64,000 nt of DNA, from the NCBI GenBank assembly GCA_036388675.1, contig DASVRI010000028.1, positions 15,944-79,943 on the forward strand, given 5' to 3'. The position numbers and the translations under genes were made by a program. The notes under the pieces are model-generated. The model did not search any database. It was given only the letters and a program-made list of their open reading frames with translations, and was not told where the DNA came from. Each line of letters opens with the position of its first letter. The stretch's first letter is position 1. This DNA is from Abditibacteriaceae bacterium (lineage in GTDB: Bacteria; Armatimonadota; Abditibacteriia; Abditibacteriales; Abditibacteriaceae). Shown piece by piece: positions 8,057 to 17,422 of this stretch.

Positions 8057-8866
8057 GTGAGTACTCATTTCACACTGCGCCGCCGTCAGCCCTACCCGCT
8101 CCGGCGTAAACCCCATTCTCGCTGGTTCCAAACAGCCTCTCTGCTATCAGTAGCGCTCGTGGCCTGGTTGCTGTTCACCATTGTGCGTTCGCGGCGCCTC
8201 CTGGTGCAAAGCCGCACGATAGCACAGCAGAGCGCGCAGTTCAAGCGTGACTATTTCGTCGGCAATCCTGCACACACTGCGCTCGAGTATCTTGCCTTGG
8301 GAGATAGCACAGCGGCTGGCTGGGGCGGCAAGAAATTGTCGGAAACTTATGTGCATCAGGTAGCCGTCGCACTGGCAGCACAGGGCTACCGTGTTCGCGT
8401 TATCAACGTCGCAGTCGGCGGCGCTCGGCTGCAGGACGTTTTACGTGACCAGGTGCCTTTCTTGAAGTCTCGGCGCCCTCAAGTTGTGACCGTCAGCGTG
8501 GGAGCCAATGATGCCACACACTTTACATCTACCACTGAGTTCTCACAGCATCTGCATTCGTTGATTGTGGCGTTGCAGGAGAGCACAGCGCAGAAGATTC
8601 TCTTCGCCAATACGCCCGACATGTATCAGGCTCCTGCCTTGCCCCTGCCATTAGCCATCATAGCCAACATATGTGCCCGCAGACAAAATGCGGTTCTGAA
8701 GGCCGCTCTCCAAGGCGCCACTATTCACCCCGTTGATCTATACAATCAAGGCAAGCTGATTTACCACGTCAATCCGGGCCTGTATGCTGCCGACCAATTT
8801 CACCCGTCCGGCCCGGGCTACAGACGCTGGGCTGGGCTGTTCATTCAAGAATTAGAGCCACGGTGA
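8057..8866 (+). CDS. SGNH/GDSL-family hydrolase with an N-terminal TM anchor
   Basis: Contains blocks LALGDSTAAG (GDS), VAVGGARL, VGANDA and DQFHPS (DxxH). Confidence 0.8.
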   Translation: MSTHFTLRRRQPYPLRRKPHSRWFQTASLLSVALVAWLLFTIVRSRRLLVQSRTIAQQSAQFKRDYFVGNPAHTALEYLALGDSTAAGWGGKKLSETYVHQVAVALAAQGYRVRVINVAVGGARLQDVLRDQVPFLKSRRPQVVTVSVGANDATHFTSTTEFSQHLHSLIVALQESTAQKILFANTPDMYQAPALPLPLAIIANICARRQNAVLKAALQGATIHPVDLYNQGKLIYHVNPGLYAADQFHPSGPGYRRWAGLFIQELEPR

Positions 8867-9095
8867 AAGGCCCAGGATTTTCCCTCTTCGCGACTCTCTT
8901 CCCATGTGACCCATGAAAAGACCTGCCTCAAGATGTGGTGTGCCAGCACATCAACAAAGCCATCTTGAATCAGAACGTTAAGTTGTCCACAAGCGTGCTC
9001 TCTGAAGAGCTTGGAATGATAACTCTCGTGCCCATTGTAACAGCCGTTGTGTAGCAACTTGCCTTACCTTCGCCACGAGGGATGTGGTCGCAGCT

Positions 9096-12000
9096 TTAGC
9101 CCTCCTCATCCTCATCTTCATGATTGGAACCCTCGTCATCGCAACAAGCGTCGAGGCTCTGCATGCTACAACACTCGCTGTGGAGCTTCTCGCAGCATCC
9201 CTTGTGACAATCGTTACAACAACTCTTACACCCGCAGTTGCTCCAGACCGTGTAAGCCATCACGTCAAGGGTCTTTACAGGTGTAGCGGGGTCGTCGCTC
9301 GTGATAACCAATTCGCAACATCTCGGACATTTTTCGGTGGCCTTGTAGCGAATCAATACACTCAGGCATGAGCCAGGGTGGAGTGTTGCTGGAAACGGAT
9401 TGTTAATCAGTTTCCAGTGTTTGCTCTTCCGTTTGAACGCAACGCTCGTGACGTGTAAGTTGCAATCACCCACATTACAGATCGAGATGGTGCGTTCGCC
9501 AAGGCAACACGCCTTCACCCCGCCGATGCACGTCGAGCCTGTGATGGCAAGCTTGCCGGAAGGCACATTAGCAGAAACGGGAATACTCTTCGCACCCGTC
9601 GGATCGTCACTCGTGACAGTGATTGTTCCGGACTTCGCGCCAAAACTGGCTGGTTCAAACCGGATGGGCAATTCCATCGCTGTTGCGGACGCAATCTTTA
9701 TTGGGTATGTCAACACGTTGGGTGCTAGAAACTCACTCTCGGAGGAGGCGATGTTAGTCACCGACAGTGTACATTGACCACTGTTAAATACCGTCAGTGG
9801 TTTGTCCACAAAGGATCCAATGCAGACGTTCCCGAAACTGCCGCTATTTGCGATCATCAGGTTCAGTTGCGGCGCAGGAGCAACTCCGGACACTCTAATG
9901 GCCCGGCGCCTTGCAGGGTCGTTGCTGGTCAGGGTGATTGTTGCAGACTTTGCCCCCAGGCTTGAGGGCTGAAAGCGAACGGGTAAGGCAAGCGAATCAC
10001 CCGAAGCTACCAAGAGTGGATACGAGGCCACTGCAGGTACTTGAAACTCCGTAGAAGAGGATGTGACATTGAATATCTGTAGCGGGCATGCCCCTGTGTT
10101 GTTGATCGTCAAGTCTCGATCCACAAAGGCCCCAAGGCAGACGTCACCGAAGCTTCCGCTGTCCGCTATTACAGTCGCCATGCTGGCAGTGCCGAGAAGG
10201 CCCGTGGCCGATAAATCGACTACCGGGGCATTGGGGTCGTTGCTGACAATGCGAATTGTGGCAGTTTCCAGCGTTCCCGCGCCCGTGGGGTCATACCTGA
10301 TAGTGAAACTAATGTGCTCGCCTGCCGCAATGACGAGCGGCGTACCGGGTGTGGCCAGCACCGAGAAGTTGGTAGACCCCATAAGGCGCTGGACGCTGTT
10401 GATAACCAGTTCCCCAACGCCGACGTTGAAGACCTCCAGTGTTAAAAACTGCGGCCCCTGGCAGACGGTTCCAAACGCCAGATCGTGTTCCAGGCTCACT
10501 GCAATGGAAGGCCCTTGCGGCCTGACAAAAGCGAAGGCCCCTCGGCCGTAAGTTGCCGCGCGCAGCATTCCGTTTCTGAGAACCAGGTCAAACACTGGCA
10601 CGCGCGGAAAATGAATATCGTCGAGCACCGACCAGGAGGCACCGCCGTCCACGGAGCGGATCACGCCGAAGTCGGTCCCCGCGTAAATGGTAGTTGGGTT
10701 GTCTGAGCCATCAAGCGCGATAGCGTTGAAGGGCAGATCCAGGTTAGGAGAAATGTCGGTCCAGGCCGTAGCACCAATGCTGGTGCGGAAGACATGCCCT
10801 ATGTCTCCGGGACCTCCATTCAAGGCGCCCAGCACGGCGTAAATCATGGTGGGATCGTTAGGATCAAAGGCCACGCGAGCAACGTTTCGCGGCGGAAGAT
10901 TGCGCGTAATATCGGTGAAGGTCACACCTGTCGGAGGCCCCACCGTAGCCGCCAGTGCATTAGTAGAGACGAATACCTGGTTTCCTACTCCGATAGCGAC
11001 GTTATTGCCGTTGGTACTGGCGACATCCACATTGCCAGTACTCGCAAAGGGGGACAGAATGCGCCAGGTCCCCCCGCCGTCCCTGCTTTGCCACAGATTC
11101 TGACTTCCGCTCACGTACACGATGCCGGCTGCACTGGGATCGGTAGCGATGGGCGCGAGATAGCATCCCGCATCGCTCGTGGTGCCCCACGGCGTGATCT
11201 CCGTCGGGAACGTGGCCCCGTCGTCGGTCGAGCGCCAGATACGGGTGCAAGGTGCCGGAGACCAGAAGCCGCTGGAGCAGTACACTTGTCCGGCAATCGT
11301 CCCATCGTACACGACGTCCCATCCATCGCCGCCTTGCGTACCAATCCAACCCAGCCCTGCTGCTCCCGCTGTGGTCTCTATCTGATTGTCCTGGAGCGCA
11401 CCAAGATTCACCGTGCCGGTGGCGTCTGGCCTCATGTCGAGGTTGTAGAAAAGGCCCGTTTGTAAACCTCCCGAATTCAGAGGAGTCCAGGTGGCACCAC
11501 CGTCAGTAGACCTGTACAGACCGCCGTCGTTGCCGCAGAATACGATAGACGGATTGGGGCTTGGTTGCGAAAAAAAGGCCCATGTATGATTGTCGGCGTG
11601 TAAACCCGTCAGCCCCGTAAACGTATTCCCCGAGTCGTTAGACCTTGCGTGCCCGACGGCACCAAAATAAATAATGTCGTTAGCTCCATCGCCCGGCGAG
11701 CCCGGATCTACCGCCATATGGAAACTGTACCCACCTTGCGTGCCTGCCGGCATGCTGGTCGCAGCCCGCTGTGTCCAAGTGGCTCCCTGATCCGTGCTCA
11801 GGAACACGCCAACCGGATCGGGCGCACCACCTGTCCCTTCGAGCGCCACGTAGAGTACTTGCACACCACCTGTGTTTGGAGGTGCCGTCGGGGGTGCGAT
11901 GGCAACAATGGTCTTATTGAAGCCTGCGGGAGCCGCACCCACCGCCGTCGCGACCGCAGGAGTGGCACCGCTCAGAATTTGCGTCCAGTTCTGTCCGCCA

Positions 12001-12620
12001 TCGTTCGACCGGAACACACCGCGTCCGTTTATGCCTGCGTACAGAATGCGCGAGCCGAGCGGCGTGGAGGTATCCAGCACAAGAGAGCGAGTGTCCCCGC
12101 CGCTGTTGACGCCCTGCGTCCAATTGAGCCCACCGTCGGTGGATTGAAAGCATCCGGTTGAAGACGCCAGGTAAAGAATGTTGCTGTTAGCCGGATCAAC
12201 GATGATGACGTTGATCCACTGGTTGATGAGCTGAAGGGCGTTTCCTGTATTTCCCACCGGATAGCCCGACCCAAGCCGCACCCAACTCGCGCCGCCGTCG
12301 TTCGACCGGAACAGTCCCGCTTGCAAATGTTTCCCGACGCGTTCACTGGTCCCGACATAAACGACATTGGTGTTGTTCGGATCGATGGCCAATGCACCAG
12401 GCTCACCAATGCCCAGTGACAGTTGCCGGTCGAATATCGGAATCCACGCAGCTCCGCCGTCATCGCTACGCCAAACGCCGCCGGCCGCTGTGCCTATGTA
12501 GATGATATTGGAGTTCGAAGGGCTAACAGCGATTGCCGAAACCAAACCATTAACCGGAGAGCCGCCCTGTGAGATTGGACTGGGGCCAATGGGAGCCCAA
12601 GCTGTGCCGTTCAGACTCAT
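9096..12620 (-). CDS. Large BNR/Asp-box beta-propeller protein with about five Ig-like (ASH / choice-of-anchor-D-like) domains and a Cys-rich acidic tail
   Basis: At least 10 SxDxGxTW-type motifs (RSDDGGAAW, RSNDGGASW, QSTDGGLNW, RSTDGGATW and others). Repeated modules of the form SGSFG(D/N)VC(L/I)G.FVD..LT..N.G.C.L...N. C-terminus is CGCKSCCNDCHKGCCEKLHSECCSMQSLDACCDDEGSNHEDEDEEG. Confidence 0.85.
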   Translation of the reverse strand: MSLNGTAWAPIGPSPISQGGSPVNGLVSAIAVSPSNSNIIYIGTAAGGVWRSDDGGAAWIPIFDRQLSLGIGEPGALAIDPNNTNVVYVGTSERVGKHLQAGLFRSNDGGASWVRLGSGYPVGNTGNALQLINQWINVIIVDPANSNILYLASSTGCFQSTDGGLNWTQGVNSGGDTRSLVLDTSTPLGSRILYAGINGRGVFRSNDGGQNWTQILSGATPAVATAVGAAPAGFNKTIVAIAPPTAPPNTGGVQVLYVALEGTGGAPDPVGVFLSTDQGATWTQRAATSMPAGTQGGYSFHMAVDPGSPGDGANDIIYFGAVGHARSNDSGNTFTGLTGLHADNHTWAFFSQPSPNPSIVFCGNDGGLYRSTDGGATWTPLNSGGLQTGLFYNLDMRPDATGTVNLGALQDNQIETTAGAAGLGWIGTQGGDGWDVVYDGTIAGQVYCSSGFWSPAPCTRIWRSTDDGATFPTEITPWGTTSDAGCYLAPIATDPSAAGIVYVSGSQNLWQSRDGGGTWRILSPFASTGNVDVASTNGNNVAIGVGNQVFVSTNALAATVGPPTGVTFTDITRNLPPRNVARVAFDPNDPTMIYAVLGALNGGPGDIGHVFRTSIGATAWTDISPNLDLPFNAIALDGSDNPTTIYAGTDFGVIRSVDGGASWSVLDDIHFPRVPVFDLVLRNGMLRAATYGRGAFAFVRPQGPSIAVSLEHDLAFGTVCQGPQFLTLEVFNVGVGELVINSVQRLMGSTNFSVLATPGTPLVIAAGEHISFTIRYDPTGAGTLETATIRIVSNDPNAPVVDLSATGLLGTASMATVIADSGSFGDVCLGAFVDRDLTINNTGACPLQIFNVTSSSTEFQVPAVASYPLLVASGDSLALPVRFQPSSLGAKSATITLTSNDPARRRAIRVSGVAPAPQLNLMIANSGSFGNVCIGSFVDKPLTVFNSGQCTLSVTNIASSESEFLAPNVLTYPIKIASATAMELPIRFEPASFGAKSGTITVTSDDPTGAKSIPVSANVPSGKLAITGSTCIGGVKACCLGERTISICNVGDCNLHVTSVAFKRKSKHWKLINNPFPATLHPGSCLSVLIRYKATEKCPRCCELVITSDDPATPVKTLDVMAYTVWSNCGCKSCCNDCHKGCCEKLHSECCSMQSLDACCDDEGSNHEDEDEEG

Positions 12621-12976
12621 GGCTGTGACTCCTTATTGTCATCGTCTTTACTCTGGGCGTCAGGTTGAGACGTTGGGCTCATCTGATCCAGCGGCTCGTT
12701 GGCTGCCTCTTGAGGCGGCAGTGTGATGTCCGTTGGTGGTCGCACCACAGATCCCGGTAGGTTTTTCCATTGCTCGAGAGCGCGTGCATAAGCCTCAGGG
12801 GTTGGCTCCGGCCCTCCTCTCATGCGCCGCGCAAGAATCTCCTCATGAACTTGGTGCTCCCTGCCTCGAGGATTGTGTTGTGGCCGCTCGCCATATGGAT
12901 CAGGCTCGTTAGGCTCTGGAGAATGTTTCGGATCTTGGGGATCGTTAGGATCTTTGGGCTTCTTCTGGTTTCTCAT
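12617..12976 (-). CDS. Hypothetical P/D/E-rich protein (119 aa), translationally coupled to the BNR gene
   Basis: GAGGAG lies 6 nt upstream of the ATG at 12976. The stop overlaps the BNR start in an ATGA. The longer track ORF (to 13147) is probably an over-extension. Confidence 0.5.
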   Translation of the reverse strand: MRNQKKPKDPNDPQDPKHSPEPNEPDPYGERPQHNPRGREHQVHEEILARRMRGGPEPTPEAYARALEQWKNLPGSVVRPPTDITLPPQEAANEPLDQMSPTSQPDAQSKDDDNKESQP

Positions 12977-13160
12977 CTTTTTCTCCTCAATGGTGTCGAT
13001 CCAATCCCAAGATAAAAGCTGGGTTGCCGTAGCTAGAAGCGGTCTTGTAAACATCTGCACCAACCCGGAGTGTTGGTTGCCCCAGAAGCAGATAAGTTGT
13101 TGTCTGCCGGTAGGCTGTGAGCCACGGGCCTGCGTGGTCTGAAACAAGCGTAGCCTGAAA

Positions 13161-13223
13161 CAAGCCCGTCGCTGGTGCTCCGGGTTCGTGACAACAGCTT
13201 CACTGCTATTTATGAGACTGCTT
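13161..13223 (+). repeat. 63-nt dispersed intergenic repeat, copy A
   Basis: CAAGCCCGTCGCT..GCTCCGGGTTCGTGACAACAGCTTCACTGCTATTTATGAGACTGCTT. About 87% identical to 19528-19590 in the same orientation. Confidence 0.75.
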
Positions 13224-13785
13224 TTAATCAGGTGACACTTAGTGTTGACTTGTGTGAATCTGGGAGCGATGCTTTCCAGTTCTTGGTCTTGCAGGCCCTC
13301 GGCCTACAATGCAATGTCGGCTTATAGGAGCCGGGCGTCGATTAGTCCGGATGTCTCAGAATACTGAGCTTCGTTCAGGCAAGGATCGCCTTCAACGTTC
13401 CACTGAACAAGAAGGGATTACAGCAGCGACACGAGTTCCTGCGCTAGCCTTGAGGTTTCTGCTTAACTGCCAAGGTGCCGAAAGCCAGTGCAAACAGGTA
13501 ACTCAGCACGAACCATGTCGCTAAGAACGCAATGCACTCCAGTGTGAAACTGTGAAATTTGTAGAAGAATTCCGCAGTTACTATGGACAAGGTCAGGGAC
13601 GGGGCTTCCGCAACAAGCCCTCTACGTAGTCCAACGTTTCTGATCAACGTGTACATTTACTCCCCCTGGGTTGATTCTAAACACCTGTTCTGCAACGCTA
13701 CCAAAAGTCACTAATCAAACGGCACCTGTAAAACCTGGAAGAATCCAGCGCAAGTGAAGCAAACTGAGTTGCCGGTTAATTGATA

Positions 13786-14070
13786 TTATTTATTCGTAAC
13801 CGAAGTGGTGTCACTTCTGTCGGGACTCGTAACATGGGCCGGTGCCGAGATGTCACATAGACCCATGATTACGCCAGAAATTCTGCTTCGGCTCACCCGG
13901 TTAGGTGGATAGCCGGAGTCGTGTGGCGCCTGTAACCCGTTCAACCATTCCGTTAGTGCCGGTTCAGTTCTTCGAACGTAACGACTCCTCCTAATGGTAT
14001 GGAAGTGAGATCGTACCAGGATAGACCTGTTCCAAAAGAACTCTGGGATACTCAGATCCTTGATTAGCAC
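13786..14070 (-). CDS. Hypothetical Arg-rich protein (94 aa); doubtful
   Basis: From the ORF track. Its GTG start overlaps the stop of the upstream 66-aa ORF. No domain recognised. Confidence 0.25.
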   Translation of the reverse strand: MLIKDLSIPEFFWNRSILVRSHFHTIRRSRYVRRTEPALTEWLNGLQAPHDSGYPPNRVSRSRISGVIMGLCDISAPAHVTSPDRSDTTSVTNK

Positions 14071-14264
14071 ATCAGGTGCTTGTAAGGCTTGGCAGCCGAT
14101 GCACTCAGCCGGCGCTGCGCCGAGTACTCATTGGTTATTGTGCAAAGCCCTACACCGTCAGGAACGTTCACTTTAAAATCTGCTGGGTGAGAATGATTTT
14201 GTAGCGGGCGATGTGGGGCGATAGACCACAAGTTGTGGACGGCTGAAGTCAGTAAGGGAAACAC
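14064..14264 (-). CDS. Hypothetical small protein (66 aa)
   Basis: AAAGGAGGA lies just upstream of the GTG start at 14264. No domain recognised. Confidence 0.35.
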   Translation of the reverse strand: MFPLLTSAVHNLWSIAPHRPLQNHSHPADFKVNVPDGVGLCTITNEYSAQRRLSASAAKPYKHLMC

Positions 14265-14400
14265 AGTCCTCCTTTGAGCGACTTGCCGGAATCATTCAGG
14301 TTCTCAGGTTCGGCTCAAGTCAAAGGAACAATTTAGACTCGACCGCTACTTAAGCTCGCGAGGCACTTGCCGGGTTGGAAAGTGCCTCCATTGTAGCACA

Positions 14401-14442
14401 ACTTTATCGTGGAAATGATGTGGTGATAAAGTTTTTGTTTTG
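14401..14442 (+). terminator. Terminator-like hairpin with a T-run
   Basis: ACTTTATC pairs with GATAAAGT around a 16-nt loop, followed by TTTTGTTTTG. It is preceded by a second hairpin, GGCACTT/AAGTGCC, at 14362-14386. No obvious upstream plus-strand CDS. Confidence 0.35.
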
Positions 14443-14599
14443 CTGTTCGAGAGTTTGGAAGAGAACGTCACAAGTTCCTTGACGCACTCTAAAATGTCTA
14501 TTAGCAATCTAAAGAAGTTTGTGCCGCCAGATCGCCGCGCTGCGACACACGTCTTACGTCATAAAGATTTAGCTGCTGAAATACAGCACTTCCTCTGAA

Positions 14600-14643
14600 A
14601 TTGTATGTTACATAAGAGATTGTATGTTACATAAGAGATTGTA
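14600..14643. repeat. 19-bp tandem repeat, about 2.3 units
   Basis: ATTGTATGTTACATAAGAG occurs twice exactly (14600-14618, 14619-14637), then a partial ATTGTA. Each unit contains the near-palindrome TATGTTACATA. Confidence 0.9.
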
Positions 14644-14862
14644 GTCACAGATATAAGCAGTTCAAAACAAGGATGTCCCGAAAGTGATTGATCGCTCAAG
14701 GGAATGTAAGACACTGACTTCACCAGAAACTATGCTTTGCGATATGAGATAAACCACTGAAGTATTCCTTCACGAACTTTGATTTTGATTGTCTAATGAT
14801 TTAGAACCAGCAAAATTTCGTAATTAGAGTAAATCACAGAACAACAGCTTGATGGGGGTCAC

Positions 14863-15612
14863 ATGAAGACACGTGCGGGATTCACTCTAATTGAGTTGTT
14901 AACTGTTATTGCTATCCTTGGTATTCTTGCCAGCATCCTGTTCCCGGTGTTTAGCAGGGCACGTGAGAACGCACGGCGTGCTTCGTGTCAGAGCAACCTC
15001 AAACAAATTGGATTAGGCGTGATGCAGTACGTGCAAGACCATGACGGCAACTACCCGTTCGCGAGCAACTACGGAGTAGCAAGTGAGGATCCGCAGCGCC
15101 TGTGGACGGCTTTAGTGCACCCCTACATACGCAGTGACCAGGTGTATCTATGCCCTTCTGAAACTCGCGCCGCTGCAACGTACAGTTGGGCGACACGAGG
15201 TGAACTGGGATATGGCTACAACAGCCGATTCGGGTACGACCCGGCCGGCATCGAAGCACCTAAGAGCGGCTTGCATGAGGCTATACTGTCCGACGTTGTG
15301 ACAACTATAGTGCTGGCGGAGACACCGTGCGGTCCTACTGCGCAGAAGTACCGCGGATATACTTTTGATCCCCAGAATGGGTCTCAGAACGCGGGCGGCA
15401 CTGCTTTCAACCCACCGCTGTTAGCAGACCGTGATCTGGTAGCCGGATCACCCTTGTCTCCAGGTCAACTGAAGCCAGTCTACTGCCGACACTTCGCCGA
15501 TGGGACCGGCAACGGAAGCAGTAATCTATTATTTGCAGACGGGCATGTTAAGAGTCTGACCGCGCGTGCCTTAAGTAGTGCAGCCAGCAGGTTGGTATGG
15601 CAACCCCAGTAA
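14863..15612 (+). CDS. Prepilin-type N-terminal cleavage/methylation-domain protein, DUF1559 / H-X9-DG class pseudopilin-like
   Basis: N-terminus [49 protein letters not shown]-terminus [12 protein letters not shown]. Confidence 0.85.
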   Translation: MKTRAGFTLIELLTVIAILGILASILFPVFSRARENARRASCQSNLKQIGLGVMQYVQDHDGNYPFASNYGVASEDPQRLWTALVHPYIRSDQVYLCPSETRAAATYSWATRGELGYGYNSRFGYDPAGIEAPKSGLHEAILSDVVTTIVLAETPCGPTAQKYRGYTFDPQNGSQNAGGTAFNPPLLADRDLVAGSPLSPGQLKPVYCRHFADGTGNGSSNLLFADGHVKSLTARALSSAASRLVWQPQ

Positions 15613-15839
15613 CTGACAACCTCGGTAACTCACAGTACCTCAACGCGGGCCTTAGCAGTAGAACAGTAGACAAGAATCTAACCGTAGATAAACCGTCCGC
15701 GATAGTGATAATCGTCGCCTCCTCGCCGTGCCGGGAGCAGGTCAGCCAGGCAACATGGGCACTCAGGGCATGGCTCAAGACGGCTTGCTTTGAGAGCGTG
15801 GTCACGATAATCAGCTATGTCCATGTGCCAGAGTGGGAG

Positions 15840-15889
15840 TCTCCGCTCCACGACCGAGTCTCCGCTCCACGACCGAGTCACCGCCCCAC
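15840..15889. repeat. 19-bp tandem repeat, about 2.6 units
   Basis: TCTCCGCTCCACGACCGAG occurs twice exactly (15840-15858, 15859-15877), then a diverged partial TCACCGCCCCAC. Lies in a 520-bp stretch without a convincing ORF. Confidence 0.9.
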
Positions 15890-16134
15890 ACACTACTCAC
15901 CAAGACGTTCGAGACGTTCTTACTCGACATTCCGCGCCGTTGTTGTGGTGCTGTGGAGCCGACTCGCAGATGCGTTACAAAGAATTGTTGTTCGCCCCGT
16001 TCATTCTGCGGTTACAATGACGGCAGTTGGATGATTGCCTTTGAAGACATAGGTCTTAGAATCGATCATTCTCAAACCGAAGAGATTCCGTAGCACGCAG
16101 ATGGCAATGCACTGAAGGTCAATGGAAGGAGTGT

Positions 16135-17064
16135 GTGATGAATTCGAAAAGGTCCCATATTCAGAAGTCTTGCCGTAGGCTGCGTAACAACCTGCCTTTG
16201 CTATGCATGATAACCACGACATTAGGTTGGATGCAATCGTCTCCGGCTCAAGAGCCGACACTGGAGGTGCGCCTGCAACTGCAACGCCTTCGCTGCATTG
16301 ATGAAGGCGATGGAATTGGCAGCGCGGAGCCTTACCTGTGGGCCGTTTTCTTCAAAATTGATGGGACGCATGCCTTTGTCGATGCCGCCTTCCATTTACA
16401 GGGCACAGCCACAGCCATCAATACATTGGGAAATCATGGTAATCTGCCCAACCATGATGTGGATCCGGGCGAGGTGATCTCGATTCCCGCTGCCGCAGGT
16501 GGTGATCATCACACCCGACTGTTTCCTATTCCCTTGCGCCAGCCGGTTGGAAATATGCGCAACGTGCCGGCGGCCATGGGCTGCATCGTAGTACTCATGG
16601 AAGAAGATAATACACCCGGTGTTGCCGTAGAGCGTGGCCATAACGCTCTGGATCGCGCGGTTGAGGATGAACTGAATCGCCTGATCCCCACATTAGGCAT
16701 CGCGAAGCGCACACCCACCGAATTAGAGATTCAACAGATGAAGGATCGTATTGGAGCCGCTGTAAGGAAAGCCGTCCGAGATAAAGTTACAATCGCCGAC
16801 TGGCTTCTGGGCGGCGGCAACATGGACGATCAGATCGGCAGCGAAGTCTTTCTCTTCTCAACCACTGACCTGGCAAACATCGGCACTACCGGCTTACCCC
16901 TGGTCAAACGCTGGAACAGCGAAGGGAAATGGCAACTCGAGGGACTCATTACAGCGACTCGTGTTTCTCGTTTTTCGGACAATGTCGCCCCGAGATTTCC
17001 GGTTCGAGTTTTGCCAAAGCCGAGACGCACCCCGGCGCGACCCAGCACGTCGTCCCCGCGATGA
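16135..17064 (+). CDS. Hypothetical secreted protein (309 aa)
   Basis: Long ORF with a signal-peptide-like N-terminus (LPLLCMITTTLGWMQSSPAQE) and a basic, Pro-rich C-terminus. No family recognised. Confidence 0.6.
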   Translation: MMNSKRSHIQKSCRRLRNNLPLLCMITTTLGWMQSSPAQEPTLEVRLQLQRLRCIDEGDGIGSAEPYLWAVFFKIDGTHAFVDAAFHLQGTATAINTLGNHGNLPNHDVDPGEVISIPAAAGGDHHTRLFPIPLRQPVGNMRNVPAAMGCIVVLMEEDNTPGVAVERGHNALDRAVEDELNRLIPTLGIAKRTPTELEIQQMKDRIGAAVRKAVRDKVTIADWLLGGGNMDDQIGSEVFLFSTTDLANIGTTGLPLVKRWNSEGKWQLEGLITATRVSRFSDNVAPRFPVRVLPKPRRTPARPSTSSPR

Positions 17065-17206
17065 ATGAAAAGGTAAGCGATAAATACACAGATTAGATAC
17101 CTTGTGCTTACCGGAACTTGGTCCTCTGTCAACGGCTTTCCTCATGCCACTGCTACACTTTGACATCGACTTGTAGACACGGAGATAAGCGGCCCGCCAC
17201 ATTCTC

Positions 17207-17295
17207 AGGACTTACGCAGCGGGCTTGCCAATGCAGGGCAATGTAGGGGCGTGGCGTGCTACGCCCCTACGACGACCGGCTTCTGCATAAGTCCT
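17207..17295. repeat. MITE-like element with AGGACTTACGCA terminal inverted repeats
   Basis: AGGACTTACGCA (17207-17218) and TGCATAAGTCCT (17284-17295) flank the hairpin GTAGGGGCG..CGCCCCTAC (17243-17270). Lies between convergent genes. Confidence 0.7.
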
Positions 17296-17422
17296 GATTC
17301 TTTCATGTGCTTCTCATTTGCCTCTGCTTCGGCTCGAAGGTGACTTATTCTACGCGATCGAACAAGACAAGCGCATCAAGTCGCAACGCGAAAAGGTGTC
17401 ACATCCGCCGGCGACACGCGTT

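Noticed and set aside
9400-12161. Many plus-strand ORFs of 60-223 aa (for example 10063-10551, 10794-11465, 11649-12161) inside the BNR gene
   Set aside because: They are antisense to a 1174-aa ORF with clear repeated domain motifs. Their translations are Arg/Pro/Ala-rich and low-complexity, which is typical of GC-rich antisense frames.
12977-13147. Longer 176-aa version of the ORF upstream of the BNR gene
   Set aside because: The internal ATG at 12976 has a near-ideal GAGGAG RBS, and the upstream part is not protein-like.
13786-14264. Possible large structured RNA (RNase P, tmRNA, SRP, group II intron domain V)
   Set aside because: None of the conserved signatures I know is present on either strand: GAGGAAAGUCCGGGC, ACAGAACCCGGCUUA, a tag ORF with a tRNA-Ala-like end, or the domain V consensus.
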